NCBI GenBank assembly: GCA_965221775.1
Contig: CBDCSU010000006.1
Location: forward strand, 2,368,001 to 2,432,000
Origin: Candidatus Latescibacterota bacterium
GTDB lineage: Bacteria; Latescibacterota; UBA2968; UBA8231
Direction of reading: 5' to 3'
Length of the DNA stretch: 64,000 nucleotides
Positions 22,501 through 32,589 of the stretch are shown piece after piece; the stretch's first letter is position 1, and each line of letters starts with the position of its first letter. The notes beneath the pieces were generated by a model. It worked only from the letters and a program-made list of their open reading frames with translations, was not told where the DNA came from and did not search any database. Position numbers and translations under genes: made by a program.

Positions 22501-23206
22501 CACGGCGCAACGGCCCCATCCGCGCGGAGTAGATGGCTCCCCCGGCGCTCGCCCCGGATGTGGCCCCCCTCGGCAGGGCGGAACCCGGTGACTGAGGCAG
22601 AACTCTACCGAGTCCCTTGGGACTCCACAAGGTCCCCGCCGTTACGGCTCACCGGGCCTGTCGGGGCGCCTGATTCCCCCCGATGGGGCTACGCGAGGCC
22701 CGAGGACGGTTGATCGCCCCCGGGGAAGAGGGCCGCGCGCGGACCTCGAACGCCAGACCGAGTCCCCGGGCGCTCCCGTGATTCACCAGACCGTCCGCCA
22801 GAGCAGCCCTCGATCCCGCAGCGGTCTTACTCGCCGGGTCTCTCCGGGGCCTCAGCCCGCCGTTCCCGGCGCTGCCTGCCGCCCCCAACTCCCTGGCCCC
22901 GGGCCTGTAGGGACAGTCGGGCGTCGACGAAGGAGTCGGCCCTCGGATCTCAGGGTCCCGGAGGTTCCCCCTTGATCTGGTCGTTCCGTTCTGGTACCAT
23001 GCTGTTTGCATCCGCTGTTCGCAGGTCGCCTCAGTGAGTCGGGTCACCTGCTGAATACCACAGCCGCAGTCACGGCAAGGGGGTAGCTCCCCCGCGCCAG
23101 GCAAATAGGTAGGACCTTCCCGCACAGCCTGCGAGGAGCGGATGCAAACGGCCCGGCACCCTGCGGGGGGGCCGGGGTTGCCTCTCCTCCCCTTGCGGAG
23201 GTCCCA

Positions 23207-24481
23207 TTGCCCGCCCTCTCGAAGTACGGGTCGGCCGCTGTCCTTCTCACTCTCGGCTGCGCGACCGACCCCGCCCGCTCGCCCACCCACCCAACCGGAC
23301 CCAATCCCCCTCGTCGCCCCTTCACGGTGCCGGCGGACATGCGGACCTGGTTCGCCGAGCGCGGCGTCCAGCTGCCGGCCAGTCTGCCGCCGGTGCCGGC
23401 CGGCAAGGCCGCGGCGACCGCGCAAGAGCGCCTCCTCGGAGACGGCTCCCAGAACGGAGCGGTGAACTTCTACGATCTGGTCGGCCTCTGGAGCGCCTTG
23501 AGGGCTCCCGTGTGGCATGCGGACTGGTACGTGAGGCACTTCGACATGGACCTGCTCGACATCGACCGCAGCGGCGGCCGTCCCGACTGGTTCGACCTGG
23601 GCCTGCTCGGCGACTTCCTCTACGGCACCGGGGACAACCCCCACGGCATCGGGCTGCCGGTGGAGGAGAAGGAGCCGGAGTTCAAGGTGGAGGTTGTGTT
23701 CGTCGAGGGGGGCCGGTTCACGGCGAGCCAGAAGGCGCTGTTCCGACAGGCGGCCCGACGGTGGGAGGCCATCATCACCGAAGACGTGTCCGACGCGGAC
23801 TTCTCGTACTTCCCGTGGCGCAGCAGCAACATGCGAAGCTGGGGCGAGTTCTGGGGAAACAACCGTGGGGACATTTCCACGATCGACGACCTGATTGACG
23901 ATGTGCGGGTCTACGTCACCACGACCCCGGACGACGACTATGCCGGCCAAGCCGGCGCCTTTCTGCGACGCGGGCTATTCAACACGGGCTTGCCCCTTGC
24001 CGGCGCTGTTGCGATCAGCGAGAGCGCCCTCACCGAGGAGCGCGAGGCGAACGGCGCTCTGCTCGGGGTGTTCACTCATGAGATCGCCCACGTGCTCGGG
24101 TTCGGTTTGACTTGGGCTTGGCAACGCAATCTGGGGAGTTCATCTAACGACAACCCCACGGCCGACACGTACTTCCGTGGCTGGCGGGCTCGGCGAGCAT
24201 TCAACGATGCGGGCGGCCAGAACTACCGCGGGAACAAAGTCCCCGTGCAGCAGTGGGGCGACGACGGGCACTGGCGGGAGTCGGTGTTCGATGCGGAGCT
24301 GATGAGCCCTCACACCGAATGGGGCCGCGGCGAGCCGATCAGCCTCATCACGATCCAGGCGATGGCCGACCTCGGCTACACCGTCGACATGAGCCAGGCC
24401 GACGCCTACACCCTGCCGCCGGCCGGCAAGCCTGTAGGCCACGAACCCGGGTTGACGTGCCGGGTGAGGAGGCTGCCATGA
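23207..24481 (+). CDS. Lipoprotein with leishmanolysin-like metalloprotease
   Basis: Lipobox TLGC, HEIAHVLGFG, GHWRESVFDAELMS and ITIQAMADLGY. Confidence 0.85.
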   Translation: MPALSKYGSAAVLLTLGCATDPARSPTHPTGPNPPRRPFTVPADMRTWFAERGVQLPASLPPVPAGKAAATAQERLLGDGSQNGAVNFYDLVGLWSALRAPVWHADWYVRHFDMDLLDIDRSGGRPDWFDLGLLGDFLYGTGDNPHGIGLPVEEKEPEFKVEVVFVEGGRFTASQKALFRQAARRWEAIITEDVSDADFSYFPWRSSNMRSWGEFWGNNRGDISTIDDLIDDVRVYVTTTPDDDYAGQAGAFLRRGLFNTGLPLAGAVAISESALTEEREANGALLGVFTHEIAHVLGFGLTWAWQRNLGSSSNDNPTADTYFRGWRARRAFNDAGGQNYRGNKVPVQQWGDDGHWRESVFDAELMSPHTEWGRGEPISLITIQAMADLGYTVDMSQADAYTLPPAGKPVGHEPGLTCRVRRLP

Positions 24482-25092
24482 GGGCCTTCCTGACAGCGCC
24501 AGCCCTCATCCTCTGCGCCTCGGCGGCCCTGGCCGGTCCCCACTTCTACGGAGGGCCCGTGTACCATGTGATGCCGGAGAGCGAATGGACGGAGTACTGG
24601 CGCGACCTCGACGTGGACCTAACCGGAGAACCCACCCTCGGAGTCATGGCCGGGATCGTCTTGCCGGGAGCCATCGACACTACCCGAGGCGTGCCCAGGA
24701 CCTACCGGGAGATCGGCGTCGCCCTCTACGGGCCAAGGGGTCGGGCGTTCGACGGTTATACCGGTACCGTCGCCGAAGCTCGGTACAGGGTCACTTCCCT
24801 GGAGGCCCTCTCCCATTGGGCCCTTCCTGGCCTGCGCTCCCCCATCACCCTCTTCATCGGCTTCGGCGTGGCATGGGTTGACGACCGAAGGCAGATAGGA
24901 GACCTGATCGTGGAAGACGGAATCTTTTCAACAACTGTCTCCGCCGGGTTGCGAGCCATGGACCTGCAGAGGCAGAAGCAGGGGAAGTGGAACTGGTTCT
25001 TCGACGTCCGCTACCGATTGCACCATCTGAGCTACGAGGCCCGCGGCTTCGATCTTGGCGGGGTCTTCGTCGGTTCCGGACTCATCTTCTGA
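24478..25092 (+). CDS. Outer-membrane beta-barrel protein
   Basis: ATGA overlap with the upstream gene, signal peptide and terminal Phe (GSGLIF). Confidence 0.7.
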   Translation: MRAFLTAPALILCASAALAGPHFYGGPVYHVMPESEWTEYWRDLDVDLTGEPTLGVMAGIVLPGAIDTTRGVPRTYREIGVALYGPRGRAFDGYTGTVAEARYRVTSLEALSHWALPGLRSPITLFIGFGVAWVDDRRQIGDLIVEDGIFSTTVSAGLRAMDLQRQKQGKWNWFFDVRYRLHHLSYEARGFDLGGVFVGSGLIF

Positions 25093-28000
25093 GTGAGCGC
25101 ACACCCAATAGTGACCCGCCTTGCTCTCGCACTGTTTCTGGCCGGTGGCTTGGCCTTCCCCGAGCCGCTACCGAGCCATGACCATGGAATTGAGGGCCGG
25201 GTGCGGCTGGACTCCGGCGCGTCCGTGCCCCAGGCGCAGGTACGGCTGTTCAATCTGACCGATCTGCGGGCCCCCCCGCTGGCCGCCACCACGGATGCGT
25301 CCGGTCACTTCCGACTGTCCCTGGACGGTCCGGCCAGCCAATCGGCCTTGCCGGACCAGTTCGAGTTGGGGGCCAACTATCCCAATCCCTTCAACCCGTC
25401 CACGATCATCCCCTACCAGCTGCCGGCCTCGATGCACGTGCGCTTGGACGTGTTCAACCTCCTGGGCCAGCGCATCGCCACGCTCGTCGACGGAGAGCAG
25501 CCGGCCGGGTTCCACATCGCCGCCTGGGACGCCACGGACGCGGCGGGGCGGGCCGTGGGCGCCGGCGTCTATCTCTACCGCCTGAGCGGGAGCAGGGGCC
25601 AGGTCACGCGGCGGATGCTGCTGATCGACGGACAGGCGGGGATTGCGGCGGGCGGTCCAGAGTCCGCTGCCAGGGGAGGCGGGGAGACGGCCCCGGCCTA
25701 CGGGTTGACCGTCTCCGGACCGGGGCTGGTCCCCTACGTGGACCCGGCTTTCCGCCTCAAGGCGGGCATGGCCCCGGTGGAGGTGGTGCTCGAAACGCCG
25801 GGGCCGCGGCCCTCTCGGGCGAAGGTGGCCTCGGGCGGGATTCTCGGCGATGTGGACAACAACGGCCGGGTCGACTTCTCCGACGCCCTGCTGGTGGCCC
25901 TGTACAGCCTGGACTCCAGCACCGTCATGCCCAACAACGGCGACATCTCCCTGGGGGATGTCAACGCTGACGGCCAGGTCGATCTGTCCGACGCCTGGGT
26001 CATCGTGGCGTACCTCAACGATCCGTCCGATCCGTCGCTGCCGTCCGGGATCGGGGAGCCGGTGTCGCTGGCGGTCGTCCAACTCACCGACAACTACTCT
26101 GGAGATTACACCCCCGCTTGGTCGCCCGACGGGCGGCGCATCGCGTTCCAGTCCGACCGCGACGGGGACTCCGAAATCTACGTAATGAACGCCGCCGGCT
26201 CCGGCGTCACCCAACTCACCCACAACGGCGCTGGGGATTGGAGTCCTGCTTGGTCGCCCGACGGGCGGCGCATCGCGTTCAACTCCGACCGCGACGGGGA
26301 CTCCGAAATCTACGTGATGAACGCCGCCGGCTCCGGTGTCACCCAACTCACCCACAACGACGCTGGGGATCACGGCCCCGCTTGGTCGCCCGACGGCCAG
26401 CGCATCGCCTTCAACTCCGACCGCGACGGGGACCATGAGATCTACGTGATGAACGCCGCCGGCTCCGGCGTCACCCAACTCACCCACCACGGCGCTTGGG
26501 ATTTCGCCCCCGCGTGGTCGCCTGATGGCCGGCGCATCGCATTCTCCTCCCTCCGCGACGGGGACTTTGAGATCTACTTGATGAACGCCGCCGGCTCCGG
26601 CGTCACCCAACTCACCCACAACGACGCTGTGGATTGGTTTCCTGCTTGGTCGCCCGACGGCCGGCGCATCGCATTCGAGTCCGACCGCGACGGGGACTCC
26701 GAAATCTACGTGATGAACGCCGCCGGCTCCGGTGTCACCCAACTCACCCACAACGACGATGAGGATTGGTTTCCTGCTTGGTCGCCCGACGGCCAGCGCA
26801 TCGCGTTCCAGTCCGACCGCGACGGGGACCATGAGATCTACGTGCGGACCTACACCGTCACCGTGACCAGCGTCTCCCCCGACTTGGTGGTACAGTCGCC
26901 CTGGGTCAGCGACAACAGCCTGACCTCGGGGCAGTCCTTCACCCTGCGCGCCACCGTGCGAAACCGCGGCGACGCCCGGTCGTCCTCCACGACCCTGCAC
27001 TACTACCGCTCCTCCAATGCCACCATCACCACCACGGACACCCGCATCGGCACCGATCCCGTTCGCGCCCTCGCCACAGGCGCTTCCAGCACCGAATCGA
27101 TCCCCCTGAGCGCGCCCTCCAGCGCAGGCACCTACTACTACGGTGCCTGTGTACAGAGCGTCAGCGGCGAGAGCGATACGAACAACAACTGCTCCCCTGG
27201 CGTGCGCGTCACCGTGACCAGCGCCTCCCCCGACTTGGTGGTGCAGTCGCCCGGGGTCAGCGACAACAGCCTGACCTCGGGGCAGTCCTTCATCCTGCGC
27301 GCCACCGTGCGAAACCGCGGCGACGCCCGGTCGTCCTCCACGACCTTGCACTACTACCGCTCCTCCAATGCCACCATCACCACCAGGGACACCCGCATCG
27401 GCACCGACTACGTGGGTCCTTTGGGCGCATCCCGTACCAGTGCCGAGTCGATCCGCCTGAGCGCGCCCTCCAGCGCAGGCACCTACTACTACGGCGCCTG
27501 CGTGCAAGGCGTCAGCGGCGAGAGCGATACGAACAACAACTGCTCCCCTGGCGTGCGCGTCACCGTGGAAGAGGTGACCGGCAGCCCGGACCTGATCGTG
27601 GAGTCGGTTTCGGTCAGCGACAACACCCTGACCCCAGGCCAGTCCTTCATCCTGAGTGCCACGGTGCGCAACCAAGGCACGGGAGCGTCGGTTGCGACCA
27701 CGCTGCGCTACTATCGCTCGTCGAACCAGACGATCTCCACCCGGGATACGGAAGTCGGCACCGACCACGTGAGGGCCCTGGGCGCATCCCGTACCAGTGC
27801 CGAGTCGATCCCCCTGACCGCGCCGTCGAGCGAGGGCACCTACTACTACGGCGCCTGCGTGCAAGGCGTCAGCGGCGAGAGCGATACGAACAACAACTGC
27901 TCCCCTGGCGTGCACGTGGAAGCGAGTGAACCTGACCACGGCGACAGCCGCTCGTCGGCGACGGTGGTCGCTTGGGGGAGTGAGACGCCCGGCGAGCTGG

Positions 28001-29046
28001 AGGCGGGCGATGTCGACTACTTCCGTGTGGAGGTCGCCGAGTCGGGGGACCTGGTCGCCTTTACGACCGGCGCTGTGGACACCCGCGGCCACATTGAGGA
28101 CAGCTCGGGCAACGTCCTCGCAAGCGATGACGACGGGGGGGCAGGTCTCAACTTCCGGGTGAGAACCACGGTGGTTGCCAGCACCTACTACATCCGAGTC
28201 ACGGGTTTTACGAACGGCCCCTACACCCTGCATGTTGGAAGCGAGGGGCTCACGACCCAGGACGGCTTCCAGATCGAGCTCGTCTTCACCGACGACTTTC
28301 TCTCGGGCCACCAAACGATGGTCCGAGAGGCGGCCGACCGCTGGGAACAGATCATCACCAACGACCTGCCGGATTTCTCCCATCTCTACTTCGACAGCAC
28401 CGACCATGCCTGGTGGGCATCCCAGCAGGCGCAACATCCCTGGCTCGGCGATCTGTTGATCGACGGGGAGCCCCTGGACGATCTCCGGATCTACGTGGGC
28501 TACGGCGACAACCCGGACTTCTATGGCTGGGCCGGGCCGTTCTTGATCCGCACGGCGAGCAACACCCCCATTCTTGGCCTCGTGTCGATTGATCGGTCGG
28601 CGTTCGACTTTGCCACTATCCGCGGCACGCTGTTGCACGAGATCGGCCACGTGCTCGGCATCGGCACCTTGTGGGACAACCTGCTCGGAGGCGAGGGCGA
28701 GACTCGGCACTTCACCGGACCCCGAGCCCGGAACGCCTTTGACGTGGCCGGGGGATGGCGATACACAGGCCCCAAAGTGCCGGTCGAAGCGGACGGCTAC
28801 CACTGGAAGGAATCGGTGTTCGGGAACGAACTGATGAGCCCGAGCCGGCGGCTCACCGAGGAGGGCCCGGTCAGCTCGATCACCACCGAGTCCCTGAGCG
28901 ACCTCGGCTACCAGGTCGATTCTCGCTATGCCGACGCCTACGACTTGCCTCCCGCCGGCAAGCCCGCCGCCGTGAGGACCACGGGATGGCGTTGCGGCGT
29001 CACCGGGCCGATGCCCTACGGGGTCGCACAGCCGATGCAGCGATGA
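25093..29046 (+). CDS. Multidomain secreted protein: FlgD-Ig, dockerin, 6x PD40/TolB, 3x CARDB, PPC, leishmanolysin-like protease
   Basis: [27 protein letters not shown] x6, PDL.V...YYYGACV x3 and [10 protein letters not shown]. Confidence 0.9.
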   Translation: MSAHPIVTRLALALFLAGGLAFPEPLPSHDHGIEGRVRLDSGASVPQAQVRLFNLTDLRAPPLAATTDASGHFRLSLDGPASQSALPDQFELGANYPNPFNPSTIIPYQLPASMHVRLDVFNLLGQRIATLVDGEQPAGFHIAAWDATDAAGRAVGAGVYLYRLSGSRGQVTRRMLLIDGQAGIAAGGPESAARGGGETAPAYGLTVSGPGLVPYVDPAFRLKAGMAPVEVVLETPGPRPSRAKVASGGILGDVDNNGRVDFSDALLVALYSLDSSTVMPNNGDISLGDVNADGQVDLSDAWVIVAYLNDPSDPSLPSGIGEPVSLAVVQLTDNYSGDYTPAWSPDGRRIAFQSDRDGDSEIYVMNAAGSGVTQLTHNGAGDWSPAWSPDGRRIAFNSDRDGDSEIYVMNAAGSGVTQLTHNDAGDHGPAWSPDGQRIAFNSDRDGDHEIYVMNAAGSGVTQLTHHGAWDFAPAWSPDGRRIAFSSLRDGDFEIYLMNAAGSGVTQLTHNDAVDWFPAWSPDGRRIAFESDRDGDSEIYVMNAAGSGVTQLTHNDDEDWFPAWSPDGQRIAFQSDRDGDHEIYVRTYTVTVTSVSPDLVVQSPWVSDNSLTSGQSFTLRATVRNRGDARSSSTTLHYYRSSNATITTTDTRIGTDPVRALATGASSTESIPLSAPSSAGTYYYGACVQSVSGESDTNNNCSPGVRVTVTSASPDLVVQSPGVSDNSLTSGQSFILRATVRNRGDARSSSTTLHYYRSSNATITTRDTRIGTDYVGPLGASRTSAESIRLSAPSSAGTYYYGACVQGVSGESDTNNNCSPGVRVTVEEVTGSPDLIVESVSVSDNTLTPGQSFILSATVRNQGTGASVATTLRYYRSSNQTISTRDTEVGTDHVRALGASRTSAESIPLTAPSSEGTYYYGACVQGVSGESDTNNNCSPGVHVEASEPDHGDSRSSATVVAWGSETPGELEAGDVDYFRVEVAESGDLVAFTTGAVDTRGHIEDSSGNVLASDDDGGAGLNFRVRTTVVASTYYIRVTGFTNGPYTLHVGSEGLTTQDGFQIELVFTDDFLSGHQTMVREAADRWEQIITNDLPDFSHLYFDSTDHAWWASQQAQHPWLGDLLIDGEPLDDLRIYVGYGDNPDFYGWAGPFLIRTASNTPILGLVSIDRSAFDFATIRGTLLHEIGHVLGIGTLWDNLLGGEGETRHFTGPRARNAFDVAGGWRYTGPKVPVEADGYHWKESVFGNELMSPSRRLTEEGPVSSITTESLSDLGYQVDSRYADAYDLPPAGKPAAVRTTGWRCGVTGPMPYGVAQPMQR
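26080..26845. repeat. Six tandem 132-bp PD40-coding repeats
   Basis: Near-identical units containing tggtcgcccgacgg...atgaacgccgccggctccgg.gtcacccaactcacc. Confidence 0.95.
26878..27920. repeat. Three ~350-bp CARDB-coding repeats
   Basis: Each unit ends gcgtcagcggcgagagcgatacgaacaacaactgctcccctggcgtgc. Confidence 0.9.
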
Positions 29047-29057
29047 AAGGACGCACC

Positions 29058-29558
29058 ATGAGAACAGCAGTGGGATGGATGCTCCTGGTTGCCCTGCTGG
29101 CGGCTTGCCAAGGGCCGGCAGGGCCGATGGGGCCCCAGGGAGAAAGGGGAGACCGTGGCCCCCAAGGAGAAAGAGGAGACCGTGGCCCCCAAGGCCCGCA
29201 GGGAGAGCCAGGGTGGCGCCCCGGGGACGTAGCTCTGGAGCGTCCCCTCCACATCTCGTCGTACGACTTGAACCTGGGAGGCATCGTGATCGACGACGGG
29301 CGGATCTCGACGGAAAGCTATCGGGGCGTGTTCGTCCGGATCGAAGCCGAGGGCCTCTTCCCGGTCTACATGCCCCTCGCCTACCTGATGATCGCATCGG
29401 CCGCCGGCGGCGGTGAAGACACACTCTTCATCTACGTTCGCCGAGGCTCAATCTTCATCCTCGACTCGGAGTTTTGGCTCCTCGAATTCGCCCAAGGATG
29501 GGCCTTGGTGGATGAGTCGGCGACTCTCACCTTGGTCGTGCTTCTCGATTCAAACTGA
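29058..29558 (+). CDS. Collagen-like (Gly-X-Y) lipoprotein
   Basis: Lipobox LAAC followed by [19 protein letters not shown]... repeats. Confidence 0.85.
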   Translation: MRTAVGWMLLVALLAACQGPAGPMGPQGERGDRGPQGERGDRGPQGPQGEPGWRPGDVALERPLHISSYDLNLGGIVIDDGRISTESYRGVFVRIEAEGLFPVYMPLAYLMIASAAGGGEDTLFIYVRRGSIFILDSEFWLLEFAQGWALVDESATLTLVVLLDSN

Positions 29559-30179
29559 AACAACCGCCCGGGCTAGCCCCGGCGGGGGGGGTGAGCGGGT
29601 CAAGGAGAGCCCTCGACAGACCATAAGACGCGGTGGCTCGACAGCGACACCCTGCGGAAGCGCTTCCGCAGACACCTTGCGAGTCCGCCGCGCACCAGCG
29701 GGAGGGGGGTTGGGCAACCACCCCCCCGGCACGGAGTCGCGGCGCCCGGCTTGGAACTCAGCGGGCCCGCCCCCGTCACACCAGGGGATTCGTTGGCAGA
29801 CGGGACCTCCGTGGTCGGCCCCTAGAACCCGCCGCCCCCCTGAAAACTATCGCCGCCGGCAGCCGCCGCGACAGGGCCGCCCGGGGATGGGGCGCTACCC
29901 CGAGCGCCAGTTGCCTTGGAGATCCGCCCCGGTCACTTCGCCCTGCAAGAACCCGCGCAGCAGCGCGGCCCGGGTCGGGTCCGCCGTCGTGCCCTGAAGG
30001 ACCGCCTCGTTCAGCTCCGAGGGGAGCACCAACCACCCTGGCGGCCAGTAGCCCCATGAAATCCCGAGCCGCGGGTGCTCTTTCTGCCAGAGCATGGCGA
30101 CCACGGCCCAACTGCTGCCGGAGGTCCTCGAATACGGCGGCCGTGTTTGACCTGTAAACCCGTGACGAGAGAGGTTCCC

Positions 30180-31331
30180 GTGAAGACCGGACGGTGCATC
30201 AAGGAGCTGGAGGTGGAACTGGAGCGCCAGCGGGAGGCCAAGGTCGACTACTTGGCCGAGCAGATGGAGATGGGAGTGGAACCGCCCGAGGAGAGTGAAC
30301 TCCGATCTGGACGGGCCACCCCCGACCGTGTGCGCCTGTGGCTGGAAGGGCGCGGGTGGTTCAAACTCACCTGGCCTGTCCTCTGGCAGTTGCGTGACCG
30401 GGTGGGTATCCCCCCAAGCTACTACCACCGCATGCAAAACTCCGCGCCGGAGCTGCTTGCGGCGAACGTGAACCACTGGTTGAAGAACCAGCGCAACATA
30501 GTGGTCCGTACCCTGGACGGTTACGTCCGGGCGGTGGTTTCCGACCGCTACCGTCCACTGGACAACTTCGACTTGGTGGAAACGGTGCTGCCGGCCATGG
30601 AGGAGGCCGAAGCCCATGTGGTTTCCTGGGGGCTTACGGAAACGCATCTCTACCTCAAGGCCGTCGTGCCCGGCGAGAGGGAGGTACTGTGGCCGCAGGG
30701 TGTGGAGCAGAAGTGGGGCCAGGGCAACCACGACGTACACGTGCTGCAGCCCGGTGTGGTGGTGAGCAATTCCGAGGTCGGTGAAGGGGCCCTATGGGTA
30801 AGCTCGGCCACCCATACGGTACACTGCAGCAATTTGGCCGTCTGGTGCAATAGAGGCACCGCGTGGAAGAAGCACCACGCTGGCTCCCGGCTGGAAACAG
30901 GAAAAGGGAGGAGTCCAGAGGTGTGGAAGTGGCTGAAGGGCGGAACCCGGCCCCGGTCGGACGACGAGGTCTGGGCGCAGGTGCGCAACTTGGTACACCA
31001 GGCCCTGGAGGTCGAGCGGTTCCGGGAGATCGTCGAAAAGGTGAAGGCGAGCCTCGTCTACAGGATCGAAGGCGATCCGGCAGAGGCGGTGGAAGTGTTG
31101 GCCACGCAGCACGGCCTCAGGGAACAAGAGCGCGCGGGCTGTCTGCGCCATCTGATCCGCGGGGGCGACCTCTCTCAGTACGGCTTGCACCAGGCCGTGA
31201 CCCGCTTGGCCCAGGACGTGGCCAGCTACGACCGGGCCGATGCGCTGGAACGGCTGGGGGCCAGAATCGTGCAGCTGGAAGGCGAGGAGTGGGCAAAGAT
31301 CGCCCTCGCTGGCGTCGGAGAAGGAGCGTAA
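30180..31331 (+). CDS. DUF932/DUF945 family mobile-element protein
   Basis: GTG start with RBS gagagg; motifs ELERQR..K.DY, VRTLDG.VRAVVSDRYR.LDN and SNSEVG.G. Confidence 0.85.
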   Translation: MKTGRCIKELEVELERQREAKVDYLAEQMEMGVEPPEESELRSGRATPDRVRLWLEGRGWFKLTWPVLWQLRDRVGIPPSYYHRMQNSAPELLAANVNHWLKNQRNIVVRTLDGYVRAVVSDRYRPLDNFDLVETVLPAMEEAEAHVVSWGLTETHLYLKAVVPGEREVLWPQGVEQKWGQGNHDVHVLQPGVVVSNSEVGEGALWVSSATHTVHCSNLAVWCNRGTAWKKHHAGSRLETGKGRSPEVWKWLKGGTRPRSDDEVWAQVRNLVHQALEVERFREIVEKVKASLVYRIEGDPAEAVEVLATQHGLREQERAGCLRHLIRGGDLSQYGLHQAVTRLAQDVASYDRADALERLGARIVQLEGEEWAKIALAGVGEGA

Positions 31332-31491
31332 CCGGCCCTCTGGGCAGAAACGCGGTAGAGATACACTGTGCGCCGCAGCAAGCCCAGGGCAGGTTGGGAG
31401 CGGAGGGCGGCCAATCTCGGGAGGAGATGGATCGGCGTTCAGGAGCCTTGGAGCAGGTCGCTGATCCGCGTCCTCTTGCCGCGTTGGACGG

Positions 31492-31787
31492 GGGCAGCTC
31501 GATGCCGAGGGTTCCAAGATCTCGGCCGGCACCACGACGGGCCGGAACCGTCGGCCCTTGCCACCGAAGCTGTGGGGGTTGGGACGGTACTCGGTGCCAA
31601 GGATTCTCAGCAGGATGCGGCGCAGATCCTTCTTCGCCAAGCTTGTTCGATCGAGAGCCACCAGCAGGCCCGGGTGGGTGCAGGCCACCATCAGGCCGCT
31701 GCCGGCCCCGTCGCGGCGGATCCCCAACCGCCTGGCCGCCTCGTCCCCCGTAGCCTTGGGATCGACAGGGCCTGCGCCACGGTCATG
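31492..31787 (-). pseudogene. Duplicated 3' fragment of the primase-helicase gene
   Basis: Closely similar to 32602-32896 (RLGIRRD.AG.GLMVACTH.GLL.ALDRTSL). Confidence 0.85.
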
Positions 31788-31988
31788 CGCTACTTCCGCG
31801 ACTACCGGCTGCCGGAGACACTGAGTCCGCCGAGACGGCCGCGAGGCCCTGAGTTGCCAATCAGCATCCAGGCACTGGCCGATCTCGGCTACCGCGTCGA
31901 CATCACCCGCGCCGACCCCTACGCCCTGCCGATGGACACGCTCTCCAAGCCAGTCGCGGCCCATCGGCCCTTGGTGCCAAGTGGCTGA
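31788..31988 (+). pseudogene. C-terminal remnant of a leishmanolysin-like protease
   Basis: PISIQALADLGYRVDITRADPYALP...SKPVA. Confidence 0.75.
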
Positions 31989-32055
31989 GGCGGCCCTTGA
32001 CCCCGAGAAGGCCCCGGAGGCGTTCTACCGATCGAACAAGGAGCGCCTGTCGCGT

Positions 32056-32084
32056 TGACGGCGATCCTGATTACCCGTAAGCTA
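32056..32084 (+). promoter_or_regulatory. Putative sigma70 promoter
   Basis: TTGACG-17bp-TAAGCT, followed by a hairpin (~32125-32167) and a small ORF at 32190. Confidence 0.45.
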
Positions 32085-32392
32085 CTGAGCAAGTTCTACT
32101 TATGACCCGGTAGCCGGACCACAAAAAGGCCCGGCCGCGAGAAGGGATCTCGCAACCGGGCGCCTTTCCTGTCACAGAAAGGATTGCCAATGGCAACCCC
32201 GAAGATACCCCCTGATCTGCCCGCTGTCAACCGTTACAGGCGATACGTCCGTGGCCCCCACGAGCAGTTCTGCCTCGTCTTCGCCCAGGTCGCCGGCTTC
32301 GATCCCACGCCCGATGAGATCTTCGCGCCGCGAATGCGGGACCGCACGGTGACCCACGGGGATTTTCTGGAGCTGCTGCACGCGCCTCTTCG

Positions 32393-32531
32393 CTAGCTGG
32401 CGTGGGCGGCCCGGCCGCCGTGGTCCGTGAGGTCGGCGAAGCGTAGCCTCCGGCCCACGAAACCCGGCGCGATGGCCCGCATCTGCTCCACGGTGTCGGC
32501 GTCGCGGTGGTCGTGGAGCCCGGCGAACTCC
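32393..32531 (-). mobile_element. IS1595-family transposase C-terminal remnant
   Basis: Translates to EFAGLHDHRDADTVEQMRAIAPGFVGRRLRFADL, similar to the 51321-51470 C-terminus. Confidence 0.75.
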
Positions 32532-32589
32532 TACACGTTAGCAGCTGCAGGTGCTCTCCTTGCCATTCGTCAAGGAAGCTAGCTGGCAG

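Noticed and set aside
25168-29424. Long antisense ORFs (also 34804-37641, 62104-63987, 2010-3104)
   Set aside because: These are shadow ORFs of high-GC genes on the opposite strand, with no recognisable motifs.
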